Assembly (NCBI RefSeq): GCF_030684315.1
Contig: NC_081365.1
Span: 45,865,205 to 45,929,204 of the forward strand
Direction of reading: 5' to 3'
DNA: 64,000 bases
From: Stegostoma tigrinum
Lineage: Eukaryota
The first letter of the stretch is position 1, and each line of letters begins with the position of its first letter. Positions 11,971-26,500 of this stretch are shown here, piece by piece. The notes under the pieces were generated by a model. That model was not told where the DNA came from and searched no databases. It saw only the letters and a program-made list of their open reading frames with translations. The translations under genes were made by a program, and so were the position numbers.

Positions 11971-14457
11971 AGTAAGTGTTTTGAAAACAACGAATGCTGG
12001 AGATGACAGCGGGTCAGACAGAGTCCATGGAGAGAGAGCTAGCTAACATTTCAAGTCGAGATTACTGTTTCGGGTTTTCATTGTACCGCACATACTGTTC
12101 TGCTGAGATAGAAGGACAGGTGCTTGCTAAATATTCTGAATGGATATTGTCTCCTGGGAGGAACTGTGCTCCTCCTTCGTCTCTCCCCTCTTCCTGAAGC
12201 TTGTTTTACTCAGTGTTTCCTCTGCTCATTCACCGTGCGTCAGGTCAGGGTGGAATAGAAACTGCAGCAACCACAACAAATGGTCCAAGCAGATCTCCTG
12301 AATCCCTTCACAACTTGTCATTTCATGTAGACTTCAGCAACTTCAGCGGGAGTACAAGTATTCAAACACTTCTACTGTCTTAAAGTTAAACTGAAGTCAG
12401 TCAACAAGTATCTTGAATTATATCAAGTTTTTTATCCTGAGGAAGGCGTGTTTATCTGTGTTAAGTAAAGAGAAGACATTTACTGGTGTGTTCAGGTCAA
12501 AATCACACAAACAGAGCCAAATTTCATGATTTGTCCACTCTGCAGATGTCCACCCCTTACTCCGAACGCTGCATTATCAACCTACTCAAGATGGTATCCA
12601 GCGCAGTCGGCACTAAAATAATGCACTTGTAGAACTATAGGCTTAAAACAGCTGAACATACAAGCCATACCTAACCAACGTTAGTGACAGCAGAGTTGTA
12701 AGAACATAGAAAAGTTCTGTTCTGGCTGTTTGAATCAGCTGTACTATCACTCCCGCTCGCATGGGCTTTCTCCATATGGGGCATTGTGGTTTTTTTAAAG
12801 GATATACCCAATTCCCTTTTGAAAAATATTGAATAATCTTCCATCACTCTCTCGGACAGTGCATTCCGGACCATATCAAACTGACCGCTTTTAAAATCTC
12901 CTAATATCTCCTCTGGTATAGTTTTTGTGGGTGTTTTCTCCCATGTACAAACACTTAGATGAATAAAAAAGCAAAAACAATAAAATTTAGGAGATTTGAT
13001 TCCAAGATGTCTGTTCAAAAGAATCAAAAAAATACGAGCAACAGGTAAATTACAGAGTAATTTTGTGCAGCGTTTGTAACGTTTTATTTAATCTGAATTT
13101 CTGACATTTATAATGATACTTGGTTGCTTCTTTTTACATATTTATACCTTTCTATGTTCCTCGTTTCTTAAAATTGATTCTACCCTAGTATTTGATCCAA
13201 TAAGTTCACTCTGAGTCTCTCTTTCTCTCCCTGTAATGCTTTCCTAGTTCCCTACTTCTCTCTTACTGATTATTTCTACTTTTGACAGATGAAATACGCC
13301 ACGCAGGGGATTTGCTGCACAGAAATGTTTACGTAGACAGCTATCTCTATCAATAGAGTCCAGAATTCCGTATTTAGTAAGTAATTAATCTGTAGGAACC
13401 GATTCTACCCCAGAAACGCTTAGTAGGAACAGTTCTCTCTGTGCGGAGGTCTGAGAATGAAGTCAGTTTGCTCAATGCTTGGTCGTCTGATGGAACCTTT
13501 CACCTTTAATTAATCAGAACTCCGATTTTAACAACCCACACCATTTCCAGTATTGTTCCAATTCTGCAGATTTCAAAATCTTCCAAATCCACGATTATTT
13601 AGAGCAATTGCAACACTCCAGCTTTAGTCATGAAGATTAATGCTGCTGGTAAGTGCATCAATTGATATATCTGTCAAACGTTATTGTATTTGACTTTTTA
13701 AAAATAGTACAGTTATTATGTATAAAACCCCTCTGGACATTCTATCTGATAGTGTCACAAGAAAACTTAAGATGCCTTCTATGCAAAATTGATAATTTTT
13801 ATACAAAATAATTCATTTTAGAGCAGTGACAGGCGATTACGTGCATCAGACTAACCCTTTGATGTTTGATGGAACAGTTAGCAGTTCTTTGTGATGCATT
13901 TACCTCGCCTCTCCCCTCCCCTCCCCCTTTCCGTTTCGACAGAAAACATTAAGTATCCTGTGGTTTCCAACAGAGTGGGAAAGACTGGTTGAGCTTTCAT
14001 CAGATTTTAATGTTATTGGACTATTTTTGGCCTCTGGTCTGTGTGGTTATAAAGAGGATTAAAATGATTGGCGTCACTCCTTTTCCCCTAATTCTCGGAA
14101 GTGCATCTTGCACGTATTTGTTATTTTCCAGTTCTGGAGCCATTTGGTTTGAATGTGACATCCACCTTTAAATATTGAAAATAAATAATAAAACTGGGCC
14201 CATTCCAGTCAGGCATTAATGGATTTTAGTCCTGACTGTAATTCAATGTATTTTAAGTCTTAAGTTTTTTTTCGTCAAAATAAAACTGGATTCCAGAATC
14301 GAGAGAAAAATAGAAAGTGAGCTGCTGAAATGTGAGGCATATTCAGTGAAACTGATACTTTTCTTATTGGTGTCTTAGGTCGCCCGTTTAAAATGACATG
14401 CCGCCTTGAGTTGTCTTGACTTGTCTCCATGTATAAGAAACTTGTGAATTAAAAGCC

Positions 14458-14579
14458 ATGCTGTTCTTCTGGGGGCTGCTGTTTCTCTCCTTGTTTCCGG
14501 TTGCAATGGAGAAGGGCAGTGCCAATCATAGCAAAACACACCACCACCAGCCCAAATCTGAGGACATCAAACAGAAAAG
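14458..14579 (+). CDS. GABRR3: GABA rho subunit coding exon 1 (signal peptide)
   Basis: GCCATG Kozak-like start; MLFFWGLLFLSLFPVAMEKGSANHSKTHHHQPKSEDIKQK; donor AG|GTAAGC; phase 2 matches the next exon. Confidence 0.82.
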
Positions 14580-17500
14580 GTAAGCTGCTTTGTGGCAATC
14601 TGAATAATAACTTGGTCAAAATGAACACATTAGATTGCACAACAAAAATAGTTTTGATATTTACATTTTCCACTTCAGCTAATCTCTTGCGTCCAGGCAT
14701 CAAGGGTATTTGTTATTTTTAGCTGTGACCAACAATCCGCTCTCCTCACTTTTAATAACATTTCAGGTTGAGTCACCCTTCCTCTGAAGATGCTGAGTTC
14801 TGAGGAAGGGTCACTTGACCCAAAACGTTTACTCTGATTTCTCTCCACAGATGCCGCCAAGCCCATTGAGCTTTTCCAGAAATCTATGTTCTTGTTTCTG
14901 ATTTACAGCATCTGCAATTCTTTAGGTTTTTAATGATCAGTCTTACAGCTAACACTGCTAGTAAGGTGCAAATCAAACAGCAACTTCCAGCAATTGCACG
15001 TGCTGTAGCCAAATTTGCAAGTGATACAAAAGTACGTGGAAAGGCAGGTTGAGAGAGGAATACAAACACTTTACACAGTGATATTGATAGGTTAAGTGTC
15101 AAAAAGTTGGCAAATGGTGCGTAATGTGGAGTAATTTGAAGTTGTTCATTTTAGAAGGGAGAACAAAAGAATGATTATATGAATGGAGAAAAATTGCAGA
15201 AAGCTGCAACGCAAAGGGACTTGGTGGTACTTGAGCATGAAACACAGAAAGCTAGCACAAGAGTTGCAGCAGGTAATAGAAGATGAATGGAATGGGGGCC
15301 CTTATTTCAAGGGATTGGAGTACAAGAGTAAGGAAGTCTTATGGCAATTGTGCAAGGTGCTGGTGAGACCATATCTGCAGTCTGTGAGCAGTTTTTGTTC
15401 ACTTATTCAAGGAAAGATATTACTGCATTGGAGGCAGTTCAGAGAAGATTCTCTCGGGTGATTCTTGATGTGGAAGGATCATCTTATCAGCAAAGACTAA
15501 ACAGGTTGGATCTGTACTTATTAGAGATTGGAAGAATGAGAGGCGATCTCTTGGAAACAGATAAAGTTCTTAAGGGGCTTGACAGGGTAAATGCTGAGAG
15601 AATGTTTTCTCTCATGGGAGAGTCGAGGACTAGAGGGCATAGTCTTAGAATTGAGGGTGCCAATTTAAGACTGAGATGAGGAGATTTCTTCTCTCACAGA
15701 GTTGTGAGTCTTTCAAACTCCTTGCCACAGGGAGCTGTGCGAGCAGAGCCTTTGTGTATACTTAAGGCTGAGACAGATAAGTTCTCAATCAGTAGGGGAA
15801 TCAAGGGATATGGGGAAAGAGCAGGAAAATCGACGTGAGGAATGTTACATCTGCCATGATCCTATTGAATGGTGGAGCCATCTCCAGGGCCCGAGTGGTC
15901 TACTCCTGTTCCCATTTCCTATGATCTTACGGTCTTATAAATATGAAAATCAGGAAATTGCTATTGAGGAGCTCTGCTCCTCCAGAAACCTCCTTCTAAC
16001 TGAGGGACTCAACATTGGAATCTATGGAATAGTATGAAGTTGCTGTGCTTACTTGATATATACCAAGTAATTTATCCAGAAAAAGATGTAACTTTTTATT
16101 TAAGCACAACAGAATATTTATTTCTGTGGTAAGTCTTAATTTCTGCCAAAAAACCTCTCTGCGGTGAAAATAGTAATGTGGAGTTCAATACCATCAGATT
16201 TTATTTATTGCGCATTTAAAAAGATCAAACAATTTTATAATATGTAAATTTTCTTTGTGTCTATTTTATCTCTTTCAATTCTACCTTCCTCTGTCCTTAT
16301 TTTACAATTTTAATGATTTGACATTGAATTGAATGTTCTAACTGACACTTCCTGGTTCAATACCTACATTCCACATTTAGAATTCTTCAATCTGAAAAAG
16401 AGATGTGAAAATGCTTGCCTCATTTACACAGGGTCCAGATACCATGCAAGGAGTGATGCATTCAAATGATGTTCTAATTTTAAAAGCCTTCATTAGAAAA
16501 TCATGTAGAAAGTTTATGGGCAAGTGACAATGTATAGAATATCTACTGCTTTCTGTTTGTTGCTGAGAGGAAGGCTCAGGTCCATGAGTAACCGATGCAA
16601 AATAAGTGTGGATTTCCTTTCAATGTGAGAAATTCAAAAGTCAACACTTGCCATTTCCTCATACCACATGTTATTTCTCTAATTCAAATACCGTTTTTTG
16701 GAGCAGTCTGAGAGCTAAGGGGAGTTATTTGCCCGTTCCTTGGTCATGACACTAGGGTAGATCATTTCACCTGACAACTGCTTTTGGCTATGTCTCATTC
16801 TTCATGGGCAACTTGTTAATGCCTGCCCTACTAGGTCCCTCATTTTATGCGATTAACCCTGTGACATGTCTTCACTGATATCATCTGAAACAGTCTGTGT
16901 GATAGTTGATGTATAGAATTGTGGAAGAAACAGCTATAACACTGCAGCTGTAAAGGCTCTATCCCCTAACCTGGTGGGATCCATTCATGAACTCAACAAT
17001 ATGTGGGTGTTGTTTTGACTTCCTATTTTCGCTGTGTTTTTTTTAGCACATGATATTAAATATTGTTTGATTCAACTAATCTTGCAAATACTGATATCTG
17101 ATGTTTTTAAAAGCAGTGATGCATCTATGCTCTTCTGTTACAATTTTGAAAGAAATCTTATATTTTGCTTCAGTAGACCAGAAAGTAAAAGATCTGATTC
17201 AACTAAAACACACCTGACAAAATCTGAACAACTTCTTAGAATAGAGGACCATGATTTTGCAATGAGACCTGGATTTGGAGGTAAAGGTTTTCTGCCAATT
17301 TCACTACGCTATTCAATGGTTTAAATATTCTTCTTAGTTCTGAAAAGTATAACTCTTATTATAGATTTTCTGTAGCTCTTATATTTTCATGTGAAAACAG
17401 TTCAAACAGCATAATTGGATAGTCAAAATCTGAGTCTCTCAGAACCTGAAGTAATATAAAAAGATTTGTGAGCATTTGGCTACTATAAACATAAAATTTA

Positions 17501-20500
17501 CACAATGTAATTGTCTTGATATTGTAAATGAACTTTAAACAGGGGAAATTATCCTTTATGGTGTGGGTTCAAAGACATTCAATTAGCTAATATCTGCTCA
17601 GGTTATCAGGTGTGCCTGGGAACAGACCTAGAAAACATTCCCTTTCTAATATTCCTCTCGGTGGTAATTTTCATATGCCGTTGTTCCCACCGAATATGTA
17701 CATAGAAAAAATACTAAAATAATGTACTACCTAAAGAATGTGTTAATGCAAAGCATTTTAGTGTTAAATCAACAGTTCCTCTTCAATGGCCAAGAATTTT
17801 CAAACTAGTGAAGGTGATAGTTATAGTACTTGTAATTAATATTGTGAAAAATTGACAGTAAATTTTAGTGCCAACACAAGTGCAATTAAAAATGAAATTT
17901 CATAAGTTCCTATTTGTGAGGCAGGCTCAACGCCTCCACAGGATGTGCTGCTGCCTTTTCAACCTAAGATCAAGGAATTGATATGCACATAAACTAGTTA
18001 CATGCTTTTCTCACTGTAAAAATCATTGAAAATGCTATACTTTGTTGAATGAGTTGTAAATTATTTTTAGCAGCATACTGAGTCAAATTAATTTTGAATA
18101 TTGTGGTTCTGTAAAGCAAATTTTATGGAGTATTATTCTGACCATTCTATAATAAATATTATGCCATTTTTGAAATAGTCAAAACATGAATTTCTAATAG
18201 TCCATCTTGTAATTATTTAAAATCTTGTAAAATCAATAAGAAATTAACTATAATCCATGCTTTTTATTTCCTGGCTTGATGTCTGTAAGATTTCTTCAAT
18301 CTGATTGGCCTCCTTGGCCTCATCAAGGAGGCCAATCATGAACAAACAATAATTGTTCATGATTACTACAGATTCTGTACCGATGGTGCCAAGTTTGAAA
18401 GGGCAAATTAAATGCTCTAAATCTGCAAAATTATGAGGGCATCTTTTTTTAAATGTCAGTATTGAGTATAGTCCCTTTGCCGCTGACAGTAAAAAGGCCA
18501 ATATAACTGATACCAAATTTGGGCCTAAGCAAAGATTTTGTTTTGCTATCAACAATACAAATCTTATTTTAACTCCGTATGGTAAATAGAAAGTGTTTTA
18601 AAATCATCATTATGTCAAGGATGGCACCAGTTCAAGAAGGCATCTCATCACCATCTTCTCCAGGGCAATTAGAATGGGCAATAAAAGCTAACCCATTAGC
18701 GTTGTTCACATGCCATGAAGGAATAAGGAGCAAAAAGTAGGTAAAGTCAAATAATGTAGATAAAAAATGTGGCATTATGAATGAAGTGGTAATAAACCTT
18801 TCAAGTAGTGGATTTCTTTTACATTTATTTTTCTGTCCATTACTGGCAAAGGTTTCTCTACTTTACAAACTATAATGTTGGGTTGCTTGTTAAAATGCTT
18901 CCTTTACTTTTAGGTGAAAGTACAGTGTGATTAAGCCTTTTTTTAACTTGTTCTCTGTAGGATGTATTCAAATTAAAATTATTATGGGATTGATTGCAGG
19001 AGACAGAGCCAATGTTAAATATTTGCCTCTGAAAATTTTTTTGATCTTCATGCTAATTGTATTTCCACTGTGAAGCTAGTGAATATAATTAATTAAAGGT
19101 TGCTCATCCAGTTAATTTTCCATAAGAAGAAATTATTCATTTTAAGATTGTGTGTTGTTATATCCATTCATTCTGTGCATGAGAACTTATAGTTTTAGAC
19201 ATTAAATTGGCAGGTACTTACAGCGGTTATTTTTCATTTGATTGCTATCACTCAACATTGCAATCCCAATTTCAGTTAGTACAATGCTGTTTAAATCTTA
19301 ATTTATAGAAACTAATTTGTAATCCCAGGCCAGGAGCCACAAGGCCTATAGTGAATAGCCCCAAGATTACACTGGAAGCTAATGGCTCGATCTTGGATTT
19401 TCCACAGCTATCTTTTAAAACTCTTTGCAGCACACTCCAAATATGAGTTTGAAGAGCTTGGAGAGAATAAGATCAAGATAAGACAAGTGCAATTTCTAGA
19501 TGCTGTGGTTTACAAAGGATTTGACTTAAATTAACTTTTGAAGCTCATAGAGATAGAGAAAGTGAAACCATGGCAGAATTCTCTATTTCATGAAGTTTGT
19601 GCAGCAAGAAATCGAGGGAAGCCTCCTTGGTCTCTCATTGTCCAGGAAGCATTGGATGTGGTGGCTGACAAAGTGGATACAATTTTCATTGTTTTCAGAA
19701 TAGATGAAAATACTAGGTTCTAGTTTAGGAAGATTGCAAATTTAATAAATGCAGCCCATGCATACTGTAAATATTCTCAGCATACAGGTCATCCTTAAAG
19801 AAAATCCTAACCAGTTGCTGCATTAGCAGCACTTGACACAACCTCTTAGCTCCACATAAGCACTTGCACACCCATGAACCTTCAGAGACCAGTGTCAATG
19901 GAGATATTTCAGGCTGGAGCAAGGTTTGTAGTGAAATTCCTGAAGGGTCAGTATTGGGATCCATGAACTTCCTGAACAATATTTATAATCTCGGCTTTGG
20001 TGTACAGGGCACAACTTCAAAGTTTGCAGACATCTGATATGTGGGAATCTTTGAAAGGCCAGTTGATCAGTATTCATGACTAGTATGTTCCCGTGAGGAT
20101 GAAAGATAAGGATAGCAAGATTTGGGAAACTTACGTGACTAGAGATATTGAAAATTTAGTTAAAAAGTAAAAGGCAGCATATGTAACATTTATAAAGGTA
20201 TATAAAGGAAACAGAAAATAACTTAAACAAGAAATTAGAAGATGTAGAATGAGCCAAGAAATATCCTTGGTAAGTAGGACAATGGAGAATCCCAAGGCAT
20301 TTTATGCATATATTAAGAGTAAAATGGTAACTAGGCAAAGGATAAGTCCACTGAAGGATAAAGGGAGGAAATTGCGTGTGGAGTCAGAGGAATTGGGTGA
20401 GGTCCTTTGTGAATACTTAACACCAGTATTTACAAAGGAGAGGTTCATGGATGATTGAAAGATTAGGGAGGAGTATGTTTATATTCTGGGACATGTCAGC

Positions 20501-23500
20501 ATTTAGAAGGAGGAGCTGTTGTGTGCCTTGATAACATTCAGGTAGATAAATCCCCAGGGCCTGAGGGGATCTATCCCAGGATACTGAGGGAGGCTAAGGT
20601 GGAGATTCCTGGGGCCTTGACAAAGACCTTTGTATCCTCTTTAGCCCTAGGGCGAGGATCCAGAAGACTGGAGAACAATGTTTTCTTTTGTTTAAAATAG
20701 TTGATAAAGATAATCCAGGAAATAATAGGCCAGTGAACCTTACATCAGTGGTAGAGAAGGTGTTACAAAAGATTCTCAGAGAAAGAATTTGCTTGCATTT
20801 ACAGAAGAATGGACCTAATAGGCATGGTTAGCATGTCTTTATGTGTGGAGGTTTTGTCTCACAAATTTGATCGAGTTTTTTGAGGAAGAGATGAAGATGA
20901 CAGATGAGGTAAAACAGTGCATGTTATCAACATGGACTTTACTGAAGCATTTGACAAGGTCCCTCTTGGTAGACTGGTCTAGAGGATTAAGTCATATTTG
21001 ATCCATGATAAATTGGCAAATTGCACACAAAATTGGCTGGGTGATAGAAGACAGAGGGTAGTTACGGAGGGGTGTTTTTCTAACTGGAGGTCTGTAATAA
21101 GTTGCATTCTGCAATGATCAATGCTGGGATCTCTGTCGTTTGTAATATATATATGATTTGGATGAAAATGTAAGTGGTCTGATTAGTAACTTTGCAGATG
21201 AAATGCAGAGTTGTAATGCTCTTCGGAGGGGCAGTTTTGACTTGATTGGCTGAATGGCCTGTTTACACACTGTTCTATGATTCAATGATTGTGAAAATTG
21301 GTGGAGTTGTGGATACTGAGGAAGAATGGGATATGGCTCAGTCGGAAAATTGAGTGGAAAAAGGAAGATGGAGTTTAATCTGGACAAATGTGAGGTGATG
21401 CATTTTGGGAAGTCAAACGCAAAAAGTTAAGAGTACAGTATATGATAGGACTCTTAGGAGCATTGATATATGGAGTGATCTTGGGGTGTAAGTCCATAGC
21501 TCCCTGAAAGTGGCAACACAAATAGATAAAGTGGTAAAGAAGCATATGGCATCCTTGCCTTCATTAGTTTGGGCATTGAGTTTAAATGTTGGCAAGCCAT
21601 ATTGCAACTGTAATAAATCTTTAGTTAGGCTATATTTGAAGTATTGTGGGAAGTTCTGGCCCCCATACTATAGGAAGTTTGTGGAGGTTTTGGAGAGGGT
21701 GCAAAAGAGGTTTATAAAGATGTTATCTGGATTGGATTGTGTTAGGTTTAAGGAGAGGTTGGACAAACTTGGATTGTTTGCACTTGAGTGTAGGTAGCTG
21801 AGGGCTGACCTGATAGATCTATATAAAATTGTGAAAGGCAACGGATAGGGTGGATAGTTAGTCTTTTTCCTGGGGTGACAATGTTACATACTAGGCGGCA
21901 AAGGTTTAAGTGAGCCAGAGAAAGTTTAAAGGAAATGTGCAAGGTAAGTTTTTTTATGCAGCCTAGGTTGTACTGCCAGGGCAAATGGCAGAAGCAGATA
22001 CATTGGCAAGATTTAAGAGGCATTTAGACAGACAGGAACAGGCAGGGAATAGAGGGATACAGGCTATGTGCAGGCAGATAGGACTAGGTTAGAATGGCAT
22101 AATGGTCGACACAAACATGGTGGTTTGAAGGGCCTGTTTCTGTGCTGTACAGTTCTACATTCAACGTTCTATAATACAACATTGGAAACATTGTAAGCTG
22201 TGAGGAGGACAGTATAGAACTTCAAAGGATTTTGACAAGTTAATGAAGTGGGCAAATAAGAAGCAAATGAAGTTCTAAGTGGTGAAGTGAGATGTGATAC
22301 ATTTTACTGTTAAGAACATGGAGAGACAATAACATGAAGGATACTTTATGAATGGATTTGAAGAAAAAAAGAGACCTGGGTGTACACACATTTTGGTGGA
22401 GAAGCAGATACTTTTGTTTCTTCTTTAACCATTGAACTCTCCCTTTTTTACTACCCTTGTTTTGGTTTCAAGCTGTTTATTCCTGTCAGCTGCTGTTAAG
22501 ATAATTTCAGCGAGCTAAACATCTCTTTCTGTATATATCCATGATTTTTCCAAAGTCCTCCATCACTTTAAACTTTTCCAAATTTCTAGCTCTAAATGTC
22601 TCCTTTCCAACATCGACGGTCAATTCCTCTGCACCTCCAATAGGATAGTTTACACTTCTTCATTAAACAGAGGCTCAGTTAGTCCCCAACTACCATACTT
22701 TCCTCCATCTGGATAAATGTATTCTTATATTGAATCTACTCTCTTCCTTCAAGCATAAAGTGGAAATCCATGCCAGTCTAAGCTAAGCCTGCTTTTTCAT
22801 GGACCATGTAGAATAATCTTTGTTCTAGTTGTATTTACTCCCGTTCATTATCTTCCTGACATAGCTGGCTGCGACACTGCTAATTCCTGCTCCTGCTGTG
22901 AATCCAAAATCCTTTCTCTAACTTCAACTTTTCTCTTTATGCTTACTGCTTTGGGTCACCACCATTTCTATTTTGATTTCAGATTTGCAGCATTTGCTAC
23001 AATTTTGCTTTTTATTTATGTTATTAAGAATGCCCAAGTTACTGTAGGATGACTGCTGCTTTTGGAACTGCAAGAAGTTAAAACATAAATAAGGTAAAAT
23101 TAAAGTCACATGTTTCCTACTTGCCTTTTAAGGAGCAGCAGTATCTGTTGGTATAGATGTCCAGATTGAAAGCATTGACAGCATTTCTGAAGTTGATATG
23201 GTAAGTCTGAACTTTTGTTACTGATGGACAGAAATTTACCTACAGCAAAAATGCACTACATAACTGTGCCATAAGCACATTGCATATAATTGTATTTATT
23301 ATCATTTTATTTGAATTTGAATGTGATTTGCTGAAGTAAGAGGATCCTGACTTTTGTCTGTTTGATTGGCTCATGTCAAAAAACAAGCAATATTTGTACT
23401 TTTGATGTAATAAAGTAAACAAAAACATCAGAAACTCACAGGAATGTTTTAAAATAAAATTAAGCACTGAGCTGAATAGGGATGAGTTGAGTTAGACAAG

Positions 23501-26500
23501 CACATCTTGGTTACAAGGTTTAGTTCTATGTCTTGTCTTAAAGGAGGAAAGCAAGTTGTAAGAAAGGGATTCTTGGCAAATGGAGACACAATCAACAATG
23601 GCGCAATGAATAAAAACAGTGTTCACAAGATGCCAGAAATAAATTAATGAAGACATCTTGGAGGGTTGTGTGACTGTAGGAGAATGCAGAGACTGGGAGG
23701 CACGAGACTTGACTGGGAGCCAATATAATTTAGTTCACAATGGGGTGACATGTGAACAGGATTTGATGCAGCTTAAGACTTGAACAGCAGAGTTTTGGAT
23801 GAACTCAGGGAGTTTAGAATATGGGACATGAGCCAGGAATGCATTCAAGGTAACAAGGCATGAGGAAGGGTTTCAGTAGGAGATGAAAGATCATGGAAAT
23901 AAGCAATCTCACTGATGGTGTGAATATATAGTCTCAACTGATCTTGGAATCAAATATGGCGCTAACGTGACCACCATGCCAGCAGTAGTAATCGAGCTAG
24001 TATCTAGGAAATTGGGTTGGAACAAGGACTGAAAATAATGATTTGTTGTGTAAATAATTACCAGCTTTAACACTCCATATTTTTACAATCATCCCTCTTT
24101 TGATTCTGAATCCATTTACCGCTGATGTTTTGTATCCATAGGACTTTACAATGACTTTGTATCTAAGACACTACTGGAAAGATAGCAGACTCGCTTTCCC
24201 AAGTTCCAACAACAGAAGTATGACATTTGATGGAAGATTAGTCAAGAAAATTTGGGTGCCAGATGTGTTTTTTGTTCACTCCAAAAGATCTTTCATACAT
24301 GACACAACCATGGAGAACATCATGCTAAGGGTATATCCAGATGGCAACATCCTATACAGTTTAAGGTGAATCATTGCTAATTGAATATCTTTAGTATTGC
24401 TGAGTTTAGTTTTTTCGGTATTAATCTTCTGGTGGGGTTTCCTTCCATAAATCCTTTTAAAGTTGATAATACTTGATATCAATGGAAATACAAGATTTAT
24501 TTTCCATTATATGCACTATGTTCTCTCACACTGTATTACAGCTAGATGACAGATCAACTATTCCCACATTTCAAAATACTATCTCATCAAAATGGTAAAC
24601 ATGATTCTTATTATTATTCAAATCCTTCAGGCTCCTGCACAATATAAGTAATATTGATACAAAATGTTTTTATTTGTACTTAATTATCATTTACATTGCA
24701 AAGCTTTAAATAATCCATGAAATGAGTTTACATAAGGCCAAGCTGAATTTATGTGAGAGAATTGCATTTTTGGGTCAAGTTTTAGAAAATGCAAAAGTTT
24801 CTATGTTCAATTCCAGCAAAAAAAATGCTCACCTTATTCCAAAAACATAACTCTGTAGCTTACCGTGTGTGTTGCATTAGATTTTGTAGTGCAAGCTCCA
24901 CTCTCTCATTTGATTAGGTTACAAGGAAAAGGAAAGCTTTCCCAGAGACCTTAATCTGCAATACTGTTGATAAGGGTTTGCAAAGCTACATGTGGGAAAA
25001 GCTCTTAAAGATCTACAAGTCTTCATAAATGAGGAAATTTTGGTGCATGGATGGGAGTGAGCCAATAGCTCTTAATGATACATTAGGGACATGTGGGCAA
25101 CTTGTTTAAAATGGCAGCCACATTGCAAGATGAATTCCCACAGAACTGAATGACTTCCTGAAGTAAATAACAGGTTGAGTAGGGAGGTGTGCATGCGTGG
25201 ATGAGCACAGTCACTTAAATGTATTCTTCCATTTATACAATATTTCTTACTCAGTTTGTCAAGCATGTCACACAGTGAAAATGGCAACTCATTTACCTAT
25301 GAGTACAAGCAATCTTTGTGCAATTGTATTAATTTGTATGCAAAGTCTCAAACTTTGAAGTAATTTTAGTGATGTTGTAACAGTTATAGCTGTAAGAGTT
25401 CTGAGGTAGTGTCACACAGCATTGGACAGCATAAATATGAATCTATTGAGAATTATGCTATAAACTTATCAATAGTGAGATGGAAATTGCAATGATTACA
25501 CAATTAATCTTTGTTTCATTTTAAATTCTGCACTTTCATTTTGTATTTGTTTGAGCAAAGTGACTCCTTAAATTTCTTGTGCAACTTGAAGCCAATTCTC
25601 CTAACAGTCTGAATCTAATGTGTGATAACAAGGTGTAGAGCTACTGAACACAGCAGGCCATGCAGCATCACAGGAGCAGGAAAGCTGACATTTCGGGCCT
25701 AGACCCAGATTCTCCAGCATCTGCAGTTCCTACTATCTCTGAATCTAATATGTGCCATTTTAAATGCGATTTAAGTATGAAAGTTAGAACAAATTTTGTG
25801 TGTTGCTTCTATTACTACCCATTATAGTCAAAATTTGAATGATATTCATGTTTTGTTGCATGTGTTCACAAATGCTTGAGTGACTGAGGAGCTGTGAATA
25901 TTGTTCAATTATCAGCTAGCATCCTCATTTCTGACCTTATGTTGAACGGATGAACATTGATGAAGCAGTTGAATATGTTTGGGTCTAGTACACTGCCCCG
26001 GTGTGCCACCAGTGATGTTAGGGATTCCTTTAGGTTAAACATAACCACATTCACATTGACTTCAATTTTGACATGACCCCTGGATATCGTACTCAACCAA
26101 AAGCTGCCTTGATGTCAAGGGTAGAGACCTTCATGTCACCTCTAAAATTCAGCTCTTTGGTTCATGTTTGTACAAATGTTGCAATGTCGCTTCAAGTTCA
26201 GTGACCTTGGTGGAACCTAATCTGTTTCAATGAACAGGTTGTTGCTAAATAAATGCAAATTGATTGCACTGTTATTTACACCTCTTATTTCCTTCCAGAT
26301 GATTGAAAATAAACTGATGGGACTATGATTACCTGGATTGGACCTAACCAGCTTATTTTATTCAGGATATACCTGGACAATACTCCATATTATTGGGTAG
26401 AAGACAGTGTAGTAGCTGCAATGAGCTATACTAAGGGTACAGTGGCTCTGGGGCACCTGTTCAGTTCTACATTCAGGGTGTTGTCAGGGCACAAAGACTT

